This document shows positions 37,943 to 49,653 of a stretch of DNA of 64,000 nt, piece after piece (the stretch's first letter is position 1; each line of letters starts with the position of its first letter). The notes below the pieces were generated by a model that searched no databases, was not told where the DNA came from, and saw only the letters and a list, made by a program, of their open reading frames with translations. Both the position numbers and the translations under genes were made by a program. The stretch covers positions 1 to 64,000 of IMG/VR virus record IMGVR_UViG_3300000510_000016, one strand, 5' to 3'. The DNA is from a virus. Lineage: Duplodnaviria; Caudoviricetes.

Positions 37943-38398
37943 GTGATGAAAAGTATTAATGCAGTAGTATTTGGTTTATTCGCAGCAGTATTGACCCTAG
38001 CTGGATGTCAACGTGCAGAGGCGGTAGATTTCAGCTTAGGTTATCAAGACAACCAAGTTATTGATAAAGAGGGTGTTGTAGCAAGTATTGGTACGCAAAC
38101 AAAGAATGGTACACGAGTAGGTGTTAATACATTTAGCACAGAAGATAAGTTAGAGACCTATGGTGTGTATGTAGCCTCACCTATCCGTCTAGAGGGTTCT
38201 AAAGTGTTTATCACACCTCAATCGCAGTTAGACCACTATCGTGATACAGACAGCGTAGTAGGCAGTTTAGGTGCAGGTGTAGAGTATCACTTCACTAAAA
38301 CATTACGATTTGAGGGTGTTGCACTAGCTCATAAGGGTTTTAATGATACAGATGTGAAAGGTGAAACTTACACTGTAAAACTTACTAAGACGTTTTAA
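37943..38398 (+). CDS. Outer-membrane beta-barrel protein (OmpA/Ail/Lom-like)
   Basis: Signal peptide, alternating amphipathic strands, GSLGAGVEYHFT motif, C-terminal Phe (YTVKLTKTF). Confidence 0.75.
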   Translation: MMKSINAVVFGLFAAVLTLAGCQRAEAVDFSLGYQDNQVIDKEGVVASIGTQTKNGTRVGVNTFSTEDKLETYGVYVASPIRLEGSKVFITPQSQLDHYRDTDSVVGSLGAGVEYHFTKTLRFEGVALAHKGFNDTDVKGETYTVKLTKTF

Positions 38399-38433
38399 AT
38401 AGCCTAGACAGTCTAAATATAACAGCTAAAGCA

Positions 38434-38466
38434 AGGTCGTGATGCTTAGGCATTGCGGTCTTTTTT
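38434..38466 (+). terminator. Rho-independent terminator
   Basis: AGGTCGTGATGC-TTAG-GCATTGCGGTCT followed by a T run. Confidence 0.8.
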
Positions 38467-38494
38467 ATTACCTAAATTTAATGGAGAGAACATA

Positions 38495-38902
38495 ATGAAT
38501 ACTTTTAAAGGTCAAAACGCTGTTTACACTAAAGAAGATGTTGTAGAGTCATTGAAGATGCTGGCGGATGTATGCTACAGTGCAAGTGAACGAGGTAATT
38601 GGTGGCACGATATTGAGACAGGAGAGGCTTTAGAACGTAACAAGTTAGAAATGCTTATGTTGATTGTATCAGAGGTGTCAGAGGCTTGTGAAGGAGTTCG
38701 TAAAGGTATTAACGATGACCATTTGCCTCAATATCGAATGGAAGATGTAGAGATTGCTGATGCACTCATTCGTTGCTTTGATTATATTGGAGGGCATGGT
38801 TTGAAATCAGCAGAGGCATTTGCAGACAAGCTTATTTATAACGCTAATCGAGCAGACCACAAAGTAAGTAATCGTTTAAAAGAGGGAGGCAAGAAATGCT
38901 AG
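38495..38902 (+). CDS. MazG-like nucleotide pyrophosphohydrolase (start corrected to ATG 38495)
   Basis: LMLIVSEVSEACEG.RK...EDVEIADALIR.FD (ExxE...ExxD). Confidence 0.8.
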   Translation: MNTFKGQNAVYTKEDVVESLKMLADVCYSASERGNWWHDIETGEALERNKLEMLMLIVSEVSEACEGVRKGINDDHLPQYRMEDVEIADALIRCFDYIGGHGLKSAEAFADKLIYNANRADHKVSNRLKEGGKKC

Positions 38903-39228
38903 ATACTAAAACAAGTAGAGACTTAGTTATTCTAGGTCTATTGAAGCTAGTTGCATTGACATTGATTAGTGCATTGAATACAGGTTTATCGTTAAGCATG
39001 TCGTGGAACTTATTCATGCCACAATACTTCCACCTACCTAAGCTGTCTGTGTTGATTGCTATATGCGTTAGTTCTCTGTTGTCATTACTGACTGTGGGTT
39101 TAATTGTTGTACAACGAGACAGTGAAGGGCTTCCCTTACCTGTTCAAGAAGATGTAATCGTAGCTAAGCTTATTTATCCTTGGCTTATGTTTTTAGTTAT
39201 CTGGATTGCCACTAGCATTTACTATTAA
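38896..39228 (+). CDS. Small integral membrane protein (3 TM)
   Basis: Three long hydrophobic segments. Confidence 0.6.
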   Translation: MLDTKTSRDLVILGLLKLVALTLISALNTGLSLSMSWNLFMPQYFHLPKLSVLIAICVSSLLSLLTVGLIVVQRDSEGLPLPVQEDVIVAKLIYPWLMFLVIWIATSIYY

Positions 39229-39270
39229 CTATAAAACACTTATTGGATAATAGATATTGCATGATATTTG

Positions 39271-39305
39271 CCTCCATTGTATACTTATGCAGTGGGGGTT
39301 TTTTT
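39271..39305 (+). terminator. Rho-independent terminator
   Basis: CCTCCATTGTAT-ACTT-ATGCAGTGGGGG followed by a T run. Confidence 0.8.
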
Positions 39306-41205
39306 ATATCTAAATTTAACTAACAAGGAAATGTAATGTCTGATGATTTTGAGTTATGTTGGCAAGAGTCTGTAGATGGTAGAGGTTGTTACTTAGGAGT
39401 GTATTTACACAATGGTAAGCCTATAGTGGATTTCTATCTAGAGAACTTATATAGTGATGGTGGGGTTAATGTCTTAACTGAATTGTCTTATGAGGAGTTA
39501 CTTAGTTTGAACAATACAACAAAGGAAATGTTGAAAGAGTTTAAATAATGAAATAATTGTAATTACTTCCAGATACCACTTGCAATCACCTTAGTAATTT
39601 TATATACTGTCCCTACACCAACCAATTAAGAGAAAGATAATGTTTAATCTAAGTGTTCAAGAAATAGAAGAGCTTTGTAATAGTAATTCATTTAGAGTTC
39701 CTGATAATCTATCATCAGAGCAGTTCCTATATTGGGTTTCGTTATCAGAACAAGCTTGTGAGGAAATCAGTTGCATGAATGACCCTAAAGCTAAAGAGGA
39801 AATCAAGAGACAAATGATTGTTAAAAAGGTGTGGGATGATGAGCTTCTAAATATTGGTGGTATATCCTACTACTACCCTACAGATGAAATGAAAGTTAGA
39901 ACGCCAACACTTAAAGATAGGTATAGAGTAGCACTAACATTATCCCCTACATCATCAATTAGACGTAAAGCTATTTTAGAGGGTAAAGAGGATATGTCAT
40001 TGCTAAAACCATTGAAGTTTAAGATTAAAGATGCAAGTGGTAATATATTCAGTGTGGCTAGTAAGACTTGTGGTGAGGGTCAGGCGATTGTAGATAGTTT
40101 ATATGGCAAAGGACATTATAAAGTGTCGCAGATGATTTTATAGGAGTAGCATAATGAAATACGATAAGATATTAGCAGTATTGAACAAACATCTACAAGA
40201 TACAAATAGTGATAAAGAGTATCATGTTAGACCTAAGTTCAAGTTTAATTTAGGCGACAGAGTTTGTAGTGTATCTATTCAGGCTAGTGAGTTTGCTTAT
40301 AGCTTCCCCAGATTAGGGAATATGTATAGATACAACGAAGTAGAATTAGGTTTTCCTAACTTTGATTTTACAGATAATTTTATTAGTAACTATGCAGAGT
40401 GTAAGGTGACACCAAGAGAGACAGTTTATCCTTATGTACCACTTGAAGAGTTAGCTAAGCAATTATGGGTGTTAGGGTTTATGCGAGGTGATGAATAATG
40501 AGAGAGTATTCTAAGGTTAAATTAGTTGTCCATGACAATACAATATTTATAATAGATGTTAAAGATGGAGATTGTATAGCTATTCACCCTGAAGCATGGG
40601 AACACATTAAATATAACATTGACCAACAGATTACAGATGGTTATTTAGACTACAAGGATGAGGATTATGAACGGTGACTTCAAACTTCTATACATTAAAG
40701 GTAGTAGTAATAAACGTAACCTATTTGTAGAGTATTTAATAAATATCGGTGTTAATGTAGAAGTTGTTAAGCACACTAAAGAGATTAGAGGTATGAAAGC
40801 GGAATATATAATCGTAGATGAATGGGTAAAGGATGGCAGAGATGGACACTAACAGTAATTACGTAAACATATCTCCTGAAGAGCTTATCAGAGTGGTTGA
40901 TGTGTGTTTGGATAATATTAAGAGGCGCAGAGACAATAGAAACACCTATCAAAAGAAAGTATGGAGCTGGAGAAAGATGAGATATGTGTGGACAGATTAT
41001 CTAGTGTATAAGAGTTGGGCTGCACATGATTGTGGAATTGTCACTAGGTTAAAAGAGTTAAGACGTATTGCTGTATCAGTTATGTTTGATAATGGTGTAT
41101 TAGATAGGGATATTAAGCTGTCATTTATTACACACGATAACTTGTATAAGTGCTATAATAAAGACGATACATTTGAACCTTATGTATTTGGATTAGGATA
41201 TTGAT

Positions 41206-41364
41206 ATGGATTATGAAGATGATTACCTAGATGGCGATTACATGAGTGATGAGTATTATGACGGACACTACTGTAGCTATTGTGGACTAGAGATGACTTT
41301 AGGAGAATACTTAGAACATGACTTAGATGTTTGCATGGAGGATTACTATGAAGATGACTTATAA
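41206..41364 (+). CDS. 52-aa acidic peptide with CxxC..H..C putative zinc site (not in track)
   Basis: MDYEDDYLDGDYMSDEYYDGHYCSYCGLEMTLGEYLEHDLDVCMEDYYEDDL; AGGA SD. Confidence 0.6.
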   Translation: MDYEDDYLDGDYMSDEYYDGHYCSYCGLEMTLGEYLEHDLDVCMEDYYEDDL

Positions 41365-43013
41365 CACAGATTTAAAAGTATGGATAGACGATTACATTAC
41401 ACAGATGGAGTTTGAACAAGATGATGAGGCATCACTAGAAGAACAGGAATGTAAGGGGTATTTAGAAGACCCTTATGATTACTATAACTTAGGTGTAGAA
41501 CATGGTGGTGTAGAAGCTATATTAGAAACATTAAAACTTGTAAGGAGTAGATTGTGAACAGCAATAAACTAAAGAATTATGTAGAAACTAAAATTGCATT
41601 ATATCAGTATGAAGAAAGGATATCGGGTATGGACTTTTATAATATGGGAGTATCTATTTTAAAACACGGTGAAGACATAAGCAGTAATATGACATATTAT
41701 GATGAAGGTTTTGATTGTGGTAAGTGTCAGGGTGAGTTAGATGCTTTAATGATGGTGTATGCTTTGATGGATAAACAGGAGTAGATTGTGAATAATTATA
41801 ATATTACATTTCGTTCCCCTAAAGTGGTATATACTATGAGAGCCAATTCTTCGGGAGATATTATTGAACTATTAACCCCTATATTTAAGAATAAATACGG
41901 AGGTGTTCTTGATAATCCTTCTATTGATTATCTAGGAAACATTTTTGATGTAGTGTATAATTTATTAAAACTAGGAGTTTATGCCAAAATTATTGAAGGT
42001 GATAAGTTTACCGCTAGTAAAGACGGTATTGATATAGAGGTAGAATTGATTGACGGTGAAACGAAGGTAAAGAACGTGTCTAATCAAATTTTGTTTTTAC
42101 TAAAAGAGACCAGAATAGAGCAAGAACGAATTTTTGAAAAGACAGTTAAATACAATATTGAACGTATGGGTAATTATTAGGAGCAGATTATGAAATACAT
42201 TCTTATGCAATTAACGGCTTATGATTGTGGTCAGGAATATGAAATAGATGATTATAGCGTCTTATTAGAAATTGATAGTGATGGTGGTGGTAATGATGAA
42301 CATGCTAGGAATGTTATCTCTGATTACTTAAAGGGTTTCTACGAGATTGATGAGCTACCTGAAAGTGTTGTTGACAATATAAAAAAGTATAGATTATCAG
42401 ATGAGAGTGTCTCAATATTTGATGTAGATAGTGAGCACCATGAATTAGAGTATATGGAAATGGTACATGTAGAAGTAGAGTGGCAATATATTGATGTTTA
42501 TAAAGGAGAGGATAGATGATACACAAACACATGAGTATTCCAGAGTTTCTTAACGAGCTTGATTTAGAGCAATTAAGAATGGTGATAAAGATGTCTAAAG
42601 ATAAAATAGAAAAGATAACAGACCAAGAGAAGGTGGTGGTTTGGGTGTTCAGCTCTGGTGTGGTTAATGAGGGATTCTACAGTACAGAGGAAGATGCAGT
42701 ACAAGCACTAAAGGATTATGTTATTTCAAAAGAGTATTCAGTACATGACACACTAAGAATATTTAAGACTTTTGAGTATCCAGAAGAAGCTAAGAGGCTT
42801 TTAGAGGAATAAAGCTATCAAATACAAATTGAATATTAAAGATATGGCATTTATAATATCCGTGATGGTGGCTATGATGCTTATATTGATGGGTTTAGAT
42901 TATTTAGGTGTAGATTTATCAGTACCAATAGAGCTACCTAGCTCAGATGAGAATACAAGTATGTCACTATCAGGTGCTATGTCAGGCACAATTAATTAAA
43001 CAAAGGAATAATT

Positions 43014-43265
43014 ATGAGCAATACAGACAAACGCACAGCAGCTTTAAAAGAGTATCAAGAGAAAGTAAAGAGTGGTGAGATTGAACGTACAGTCCCTAAG
43101 AACCCTCTAGAGAAATGGGAGGAGGATAAGAAGTCATTACGTAAATCAGTAAATGCTCAATGCTTTAATTGCATGGGAGGTGTAGACGGAGATAATGTAA
43201 TTGGTGAGATACGTAAGTGTTCCTCTAGGGTTTGTACATTGTGGCATGTTCGTCCTTATAAATAG
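43014..43265 (+). CDS. Small Cys-rich (zinc-binding) phage protein
   Basis: VNAQCFNCMG...IRKCSSRVCTLW.VRPY; strong SD. Confidence 0.6.
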   Translation: MSNTDKRTAALKEYQEKVKSGEIERTVPKNPLEKWEEDKKSLRKSVNAQCFNCMGGVDGDNVIGEIRKCSSRVCTLWHVRPYK

Positions 43266-44196
43266 ATTGTAAACAAGTACCTCAGCTAACACAATAGCAT
43301 CTATATAGCCTCTTTACACCAACCCCTATGCACTTACTAGGGAAACATATTTAAGGGGCTATTTAGGTGGGTTTTATAGTCGTGAGGTAATAGCAAATAA
43401 CATTAAAGGTGGCGAGTATGAAAAGAGTAAGTTATATCAAAGATAAGTTATTGCTAACAGGTGAAGAGCTAGATGAAATCTTATTAAACAAAAGCAGTAA
43501 GAGTCTGTTTGGAATATACATGACAGTTACAAACTTCGATGATTATGGATACAATATATTTACAGAGCATGGTATGAATATGCACACAACACTTCCTGAC
43601 GACAGAGAAGTTAGTGATTGTAAATGCCTGTACGATGTATTATTAAGAAATCCTTTTAGACTTAGAGAAGACGGCAACCTATTTTCTTTTATTAAGAACA
43701 GTCTAATATCAAGTAGGGATTTAAAAGAGGGAGAATTATTGTGAACGACATTATAACTTTAAGTTTCAATGCAGCAGAATTATGTGGTTTAGTGACAGCA
43801 CTCCTATCAATAGGGGTGATTGTTTGGTTAAGAGTTAGGGAGTATATTACCGATTCTAGAATGAGGTTACTTACAGAGATTAACGATGATTTAGAAAGAT
43901 TACAGAATAACACAAATACGGGTAAGAATTTCTCTATTAGTGCAAAAGATGCAAAAGGGTTTGTTGAGGCTTGTGCAACTGGTGAAGAAATAGATAAGAT
44001 ACTAGACCCAGTTTTCGATAAGATATACAAGGCATCAATTAAAGGAGACAGTGAGGTTTATGTACATGGTAGAGATTGGTATTACAGAGATAACATTAAA
44101 TACAAAGAAGCAGCAGAGAGGTTGGAATCACTTGGATATAGTATTTGGAGAGGAGGTAAGACTTTAGGTGTGATTATTAAGTGGGGTGAATAGACA

Positions 44197-44625
44197 ATGA
44201 AAGACAAGTATAATGAGATTCTAAAATCAGCTAAAGAGCTATTATACAATATGGACACAGATGAATTTCTAGATAAGTTTCTAAAGATACAAGAGAGTAA
44301 TAAGGAGAAGGATATGTTCGTAATAGATATAGCAAAAGATTTTAGTCAGTTACCTCAAGGTAGATATCACAGTGATAATCCTGATAATGCAGAGGCATTG
44401 TTTATCCTTATTCAAGATGTATTAGATTACGAGGATAGTGTGGAGCTTAGGTTTAATGATACGCAGATAGCAGCAGTAGGTAGTAGCTTCTTAGACCAAC
44501 TTGCTAGAATGGTTGTTACTTGGAGTTATCAAGATATTGTAATGGTGACAAGTGATAACGATTGGGTAGTAAGTAGATATGAGAAATATTTAAGTCATTG
44601 GGAACAACAAGGGGATAGCAAATGA
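44197..44625 (+). CDS. STAS-like domain protein (DUF4325-like)
   Basis: IDIAKDFSQLPQGRY..D and AVGSSFLDQ motifs; second in-frame SD+ATG at 44314. Confidence 0.6.
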   Translation: MKDKYNEILKSAKELLYNMDTDEFLDKFLKIQESNKEKDMFVIDIAKDFSQLPQGRYHSDNPDNAEALFILIQDVLDYEDSVELRFNDTQIAAVGSSFLDQLARMVVTWSYQDIVMVTSDNDWVVSRYEKYLSHWEQQGDSK

Positions 44626-45632
44626 GAACTAGAATTTATGAAGGCGATAGTGTAATAAAACTAAAAGAGTTGTTAGATAATTGCGCTGTTGATTACTTCC
44701 TATTAGAATATGAATATGGAGGGCTATTGTGGAAAGGCGATGAGAATAGATTCTTACTTCCCTATACATCGAAGACAGCTGTCAGCAACGGTTTCTTAGG
44801 GTTATTTAAGAAGTATAAATATGAGGTAGACACTAGAAAATTAATTGAACAATACTTAACAGGCGAGCCTTGTGACTTTTACGGTAAAGGAGATATTGAG
44901 ATAGTTAGAGATTTATATAAAGCTATTAAGTTTGTTAGGGTATTAGGTGGAGAAATTGAGTTAAGTGTTAGAGAATTTGCAGTAGTGAGAGATATAATTA
45001 TTTGGAAAGAAAGTGGTAATGGTAGGATTACTAAATAGGTGTTTTAAATAGTTTGAAAAATAATTTTGGCAGGTGTTTATAGGGGTGGGGGTTCTGTGGA
45101 ATAGTTAGGTGGAATATCTGGTGGGGTTTAGGTGGGAGGTTGTGGTAGAGGTTTAGGTTTGAAAGTCCTCAGCTATTTCTAGCAGTGTCGAACAAGACCG
45201 TAGGTCGGGCATATTTAACCCCACTTGTCAATCAAAATATCACATATCTTTACCATACTTAACATATACATTTATATAATATCGAATAATATCTTATACC
45301 ACCCCCACCCCTTGCCAAGCTTTGAGCTATACCAATTCGACATAATAATCAATAGATAATTACGTATCATTACATTATTATTTAGTCCTTAGACCTTGCT
45401 TTAGCTATCAAGATTTTTATATGGATACCGCTAGATAACTATTTTGCCATTCATTCATTCAAGTGTAGATGAGAACAGACAGACAGACAAGCATAGAATG
45501 GCGTGAGACAGTGTTGTAATAACATCCCTATGCGATAGTAGCTGAATGAATTAGAACGCCATACAGAGCAATACAGAGCTATATAGGATATTATACGATA
45601 TATGATAATGTAGAGTGATTCATCAGACACAA

Positions 45633-45660
45633 AAAAGCCCATCAATTAAGATAGGCTATT
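45633..45660 (-). terminator. Terminator of the leftward early block
   Basis: AGCCTATC-TTAATT-GATGGGCT followed by TTTTT on the minus strand. Confidence 0.8.
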
Positions 45661-46844
45661 GTGGCAGGACTTGTTAGGGGTTAATACTCTTCATCTACTG
45701 CATTGGCATGGTCTAATTTATGTATAATTAACATCGTTTCACTACTTTGATATACTGCATCATATTGCTTGGTAGTTTGAACCAGTGAATAGAATACTAG
45801 CCCTACTAATAACGCTGCTATAGTTACTGCCATTATAAAGTGATTCATATTAATAAGCCTCAATAGTGTAATGTGTTGGAATGTTATAAATCGGTTGGTC
45901 TTGTATTAACTCATATAAAACATCCCTTAAATCACTATTGCCATTGTCATCATAATTTACGTAATAACTACCATTGGGTAAACCTGCTATATTGTTAATA
46001 TAAACACTTTCATCGTCTGCACCCGTTTGCATATCATCAATAGTTACTAACCCATCGTTAACACTGACTAGGCATTCAGTAGTAAACGACAAGCAAGCAT
46101 CATCTACTAAGCTGTGGTATTGTATAGTCATTTCTGCTAGGTATAAGTTTAGGTCACTATCTTCCCCCATCATGTCGCCAAGGTTTGCATCATAGTTTAC
46201 TGCTAAGATAAAAACTGGTCTAATTTGTAATGCTTGTTTAATAGTTAACATTGTATTGTCCTTTATATTATATTACTAGGTTATACCTTGCTTGTTAGTT
46301 AAGTCCTGACCGCGCATATCAAAGTCGCAATGCTAAGTATTTGTGGTATTTTATAAGGATAGTTTAATCTAACATCTTGCTTGGTATGTGTTTATTATAT
46401 AGCCATTCGTATTTGATGTAAAGCATTATTATCATTTATTTTATAATTAATTATCACAGCTTAGTAAAGACTTTATATCATCATATTGTATATTATAGCT
46501 GTCGTTATCTATAACATACGTTCTACCAATATCACTAGGTAATGAGAACAACAATACATTATTATCAGTGAACATAACACTAAATAACTTACCATCATTA
46601 TACATTGATAAATACAAGCCAATGTTACTTTGAGATAACTTAATATCACTTGTTTTATCATCGTTAATAGTGTTAATCAATTCTATTATTACGTTAAAAT
46701 CTTCTATAGACTTATTATAAACACACTGGTTCAATATGGTTAATAGTTTGTTTTTCATGTTATGGTATCCTTATTTGATGTTTAAGTCGCTTATTAATGA
46801 TAGCACCTATGCAAGCTTACTACCATTATAAATAATCTATCTGT

Positions 46845-47438
46845 TTATTGATAGTCGATGTTTAAGCAATTTATAATGTCGCTCAGTTGGCTATAATCAT
46901 ATCCACTAATAAAATCCATTATTTCTTCTATTAAGCTTGTTTCGTAGTCTGCACCTAACAAAGATGACTTTTCTATATCGTATCCTATGTTTAAATAATC
47001 CATAAAACTATGCAACATATTTTCATCATCTGTTATATTATCTTCAATGCTGGCAAGCATATCCTCAAGTGTAGCCACTGTTATGTCATACTCTGCTAGT
47101 TTATCTTCACTGATTAACCATTCTGCAAGCTCGCTAATGTCTATTGGGCTATTATCGCTTAGTCTATAATCAAAACTAACAGCATGACCATACCCGTTAA
47201 ATGTAAAGTAATTCTCATGGTCTTTATAATCTTTATTGTTGGTCTGTCTAATTGCATCGTAAGGGGTTAAAAATAAATCATTAATAGTATGCTCATCATT
47301 ATTGAATATTAATTCGTATCCATTATTATTAGCATAATCATTATATATTGATATAGTATCTTCATTATCCATATCAGTAATGACTTCAATAACTTGGTTT
47401 AATTGAATGGCTGCTAAGTCTTTATTTAGTGTAGTCAT
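46845..47438 (-). CDS. Acidic early protein, candidate DNA-mimic anti-restriction factor
   Basis: Very D/E-rich; YFTFNGYGHAVSF and IDISELAEWL motifs of a widespread phage family. Function is inferred. Confidence 0.5.
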   Translation of the reverse strand: MTTLNKDLAAIQLNQVIEVITDMDNEDTISIYNDYANNNGYELIFNNDEHTINDLFLTPYDAIRQTNNKDYKDHENYFTFNGYGHAVSFDYRLSDNSPIDISELAEWLISEDKLAEYDITVATLEDMLASIEDNITDDENMLHSFMDYLNIGYDIEKSSLLGADYETSLIEEIMDFISGYDYSQLSDIINCLNIDYQ

Positions 47439-48429
47439 AATAATGTTACCTTATATTGTATTATTGATTAATTGGTGTGTTTAATACTTATTAATACTTG
47501 TTTATTCTGCCAAGGTCTCCAGCTCTGCTAATATCAAATATTACCACATGCTTGTAATGCCTAAATAAGATGATATCATCTGCCCCCATTTTACTATAGC
47601 TTTTGATAATAGTTAATCCGTGTTCGCTATCTACTATCACTTCATGCGCTTGTATTGAGACAGCTTTTTCTAAGTTAGGGCTTGTATAACGGTTAATGAT
47701 TAGTAGGTTATTAGTGTTTGTCATTTTGTATTGTCCTATTGTTTGGTTTATTGGTTAGTATTTTAATGTGTTTAAGTCGATTATATCTAATACTTTAATT
47801 GTATTTTCTAATGAAGTATAACAGTAAAGCTCAATATCATTCATATATACGCCATAATCATATTTATCATCTGTACTAACTTGAATATTCAGTTTGTTAG
47901 TAATGCTTTTTAACAAGTATGGCTCTGCATTGTCTAAGTATTTCATAGTGGTTTTTACAAGGTCGTTATTTAGTTTATATAGCATTGGTTTATGTCCTAT
48001 TGTTTGTTTGATAAAGGTTAGTAATAACAGTCTTTGATGCATTGGGTATACTCAAAAGCATATAATTCATTCTCTGCTATTTCTTGCTGTTCTTCAGTTA
48101 GTCTATATTCGTCTTCATAATCATCTGCATCATAATAGTAATATAAAGAAATACTATCAAAAAAGCCTATTATTTCATCTAATGTGAAGCTGTCTTTATA
48201 TTCACTTACTATCTGCTCAATAACACATTCGTAACTGTAGGCGCTATCTAATTCTAGGGCGTGGCAATAGTGCCCGTTACGCTCTGTTATGATATGGTCT
48301 ATTAATCTATTCATGGTCTTATATCCTATTGTTAGGGGGCTATCAGCTAAGCTGTTAGGCTAGCATATTAGCTTAGCTATGTTAGCCCCGTGTTATGTTT
48401 AAGTAGCTGCTGCTGGCTTGTATGGCTTG

Positions 48430-48795
48430 TTAAAACGCTTGGTATACAAAGTAAGTAACACCGTTATCATCTTCGTATTGTCCGCATACGTAAGTATTAT
48501 CTTGTAAGTAATACTCTACAGTTTCAATTTTCTCATCAACACTATCGCAGTCTGTCATATCAATATCATAGTTGTTAATGATATCAGCTATTGATTCTTC
48601 ACTATATTCACAACATAAAGCAATAACATCCATTTCTATATTAATTCCGCAATCAATAGCTGTCTGTTCTAATGATTCAAACAAGATACGTAAGCCTTTA
48701 TAGCTAAAGTTATCCATGCGATTATAGGCTTTAAATTCGTTAATGAAGTCATTTTCATCAAATGTTTTTACGATACCAAAGTTAGTGTTAGTCAT
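48430..48795 (-). CDS. Acidic early protein of a widespread phage family
   Basis: DNFSYKGLRILFESLE...IEMDVIALCCEYSE motif; D/E-rich. Confidence 0.55.
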   Translation of the reverse strand: MTNTNFGIVKTFDENDFINEFKAYNRMDNFSYKGLRILFESLEQTAIDCGINIEMDVIALCCEYSEESIADIINNYDIDMTDCDSVDEKIETVEYYLQDNTYVCGQYEDDNGVTYFVYQAF

Positions 48796-49212
48796 AATAT
48801 TTCTCTTTTGAGTAGTGTATCATTATTGATACGTGGGTTAAAATTGCTTAGCTGTGTGTTACCTATTTTAGCATAACACATATTAAACAACTTATTTAAA
48901 TATACTATACTAATTCTAAAATAAGTTTTTCTAATTGTTTAATACTTTTAGCATATTGATTCATATACTTTTCATGCAATTCTTCCTGCATAAATGAAGG
49001 GTATTTATTACAATTTTTATATTCTTCTGTCTCAAATCTTGCTTGCATATTTTGCATATTTACTTTAGTTTCAGCGATTTGTGATTTGTATAAAGCTACT
49101 AATGATTTGTTTGACATGGTGGTATTCCTTATTTATTAATCTTGCTGTGTATGTCTGCTATTATATAGATGTTACATAATACTGTCAACACTTATTTTAA
49201 TATTTATTACGT

Positions 49213-49653
49213 TTATTTACTCATACGCTTGCATAACATAAAATCTATATATTTTTGAGCCTTATCATATTCGTTAAAAGTAGCTTGCAACTTATTATCA
49301 CTTATTACTCTATAACGTGATAGTGTATCTGGCTCTGATATTTCAATTTCAAAACTAGGCATGATATATTTCTCGTGTTGATATAATATACGTTTACTTT
49401 TTACGTCTACTATTTTTAAGATGCAATGGTCTAAGATTGAACCACCACCAGTAGAACGCGAGTTTCTAATAAGCAAAGGTATTTGTTTTGCACCAGTAGA
49501 ACGCCCAATATTTCCTATCACATCATATTCTTCTAACCAGTCTTTGCCAGTGGTAGTATCTCCATATACTAAGCGAATACGTTGCTGAGACATACTAAGG
49601 TTATTTAACAAGGTAGCTACACGGCTTGGGGTTTTTTCATTTAAAGTAAACAT
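49213..49653 (-). CDS. Conserved phage protein of unknown function
   Basis: RIRLVYGD..TGKDWLEEYDVIG.IGRSTG..QIPLLI.NSRS.GGG.ILDHCILKI. Confidence 0.6.
   Translation of the reverse strand: MFTLNEKTPSRVATLLNNLSMSQQRIRLVYGDTTTGKDWLEEYDVIGNIGRSTGAKQIPLLIRNSRSTGGGSILDHCILKIVDVKSKRILYQHEKYIMPSFEIEISEPDTLSRYRVISDNKLQATFNEYDKAQKYIDFMLCKRMSK

Larger units (their letters stand above)
39336..45038 (+). other. Array of about 17 small hypothetical ORFs
   Basis: Contiguous ORFs with SDs and short overlaps; promoter TTGCAA-17-TATACT near 39579-39607. Confidence 0.7.

Noticed and set aside
45451-45645. ORF 45451-45645 (-)
   Set aside because: Starts within the terminator hairpin of the early block and has no SD.
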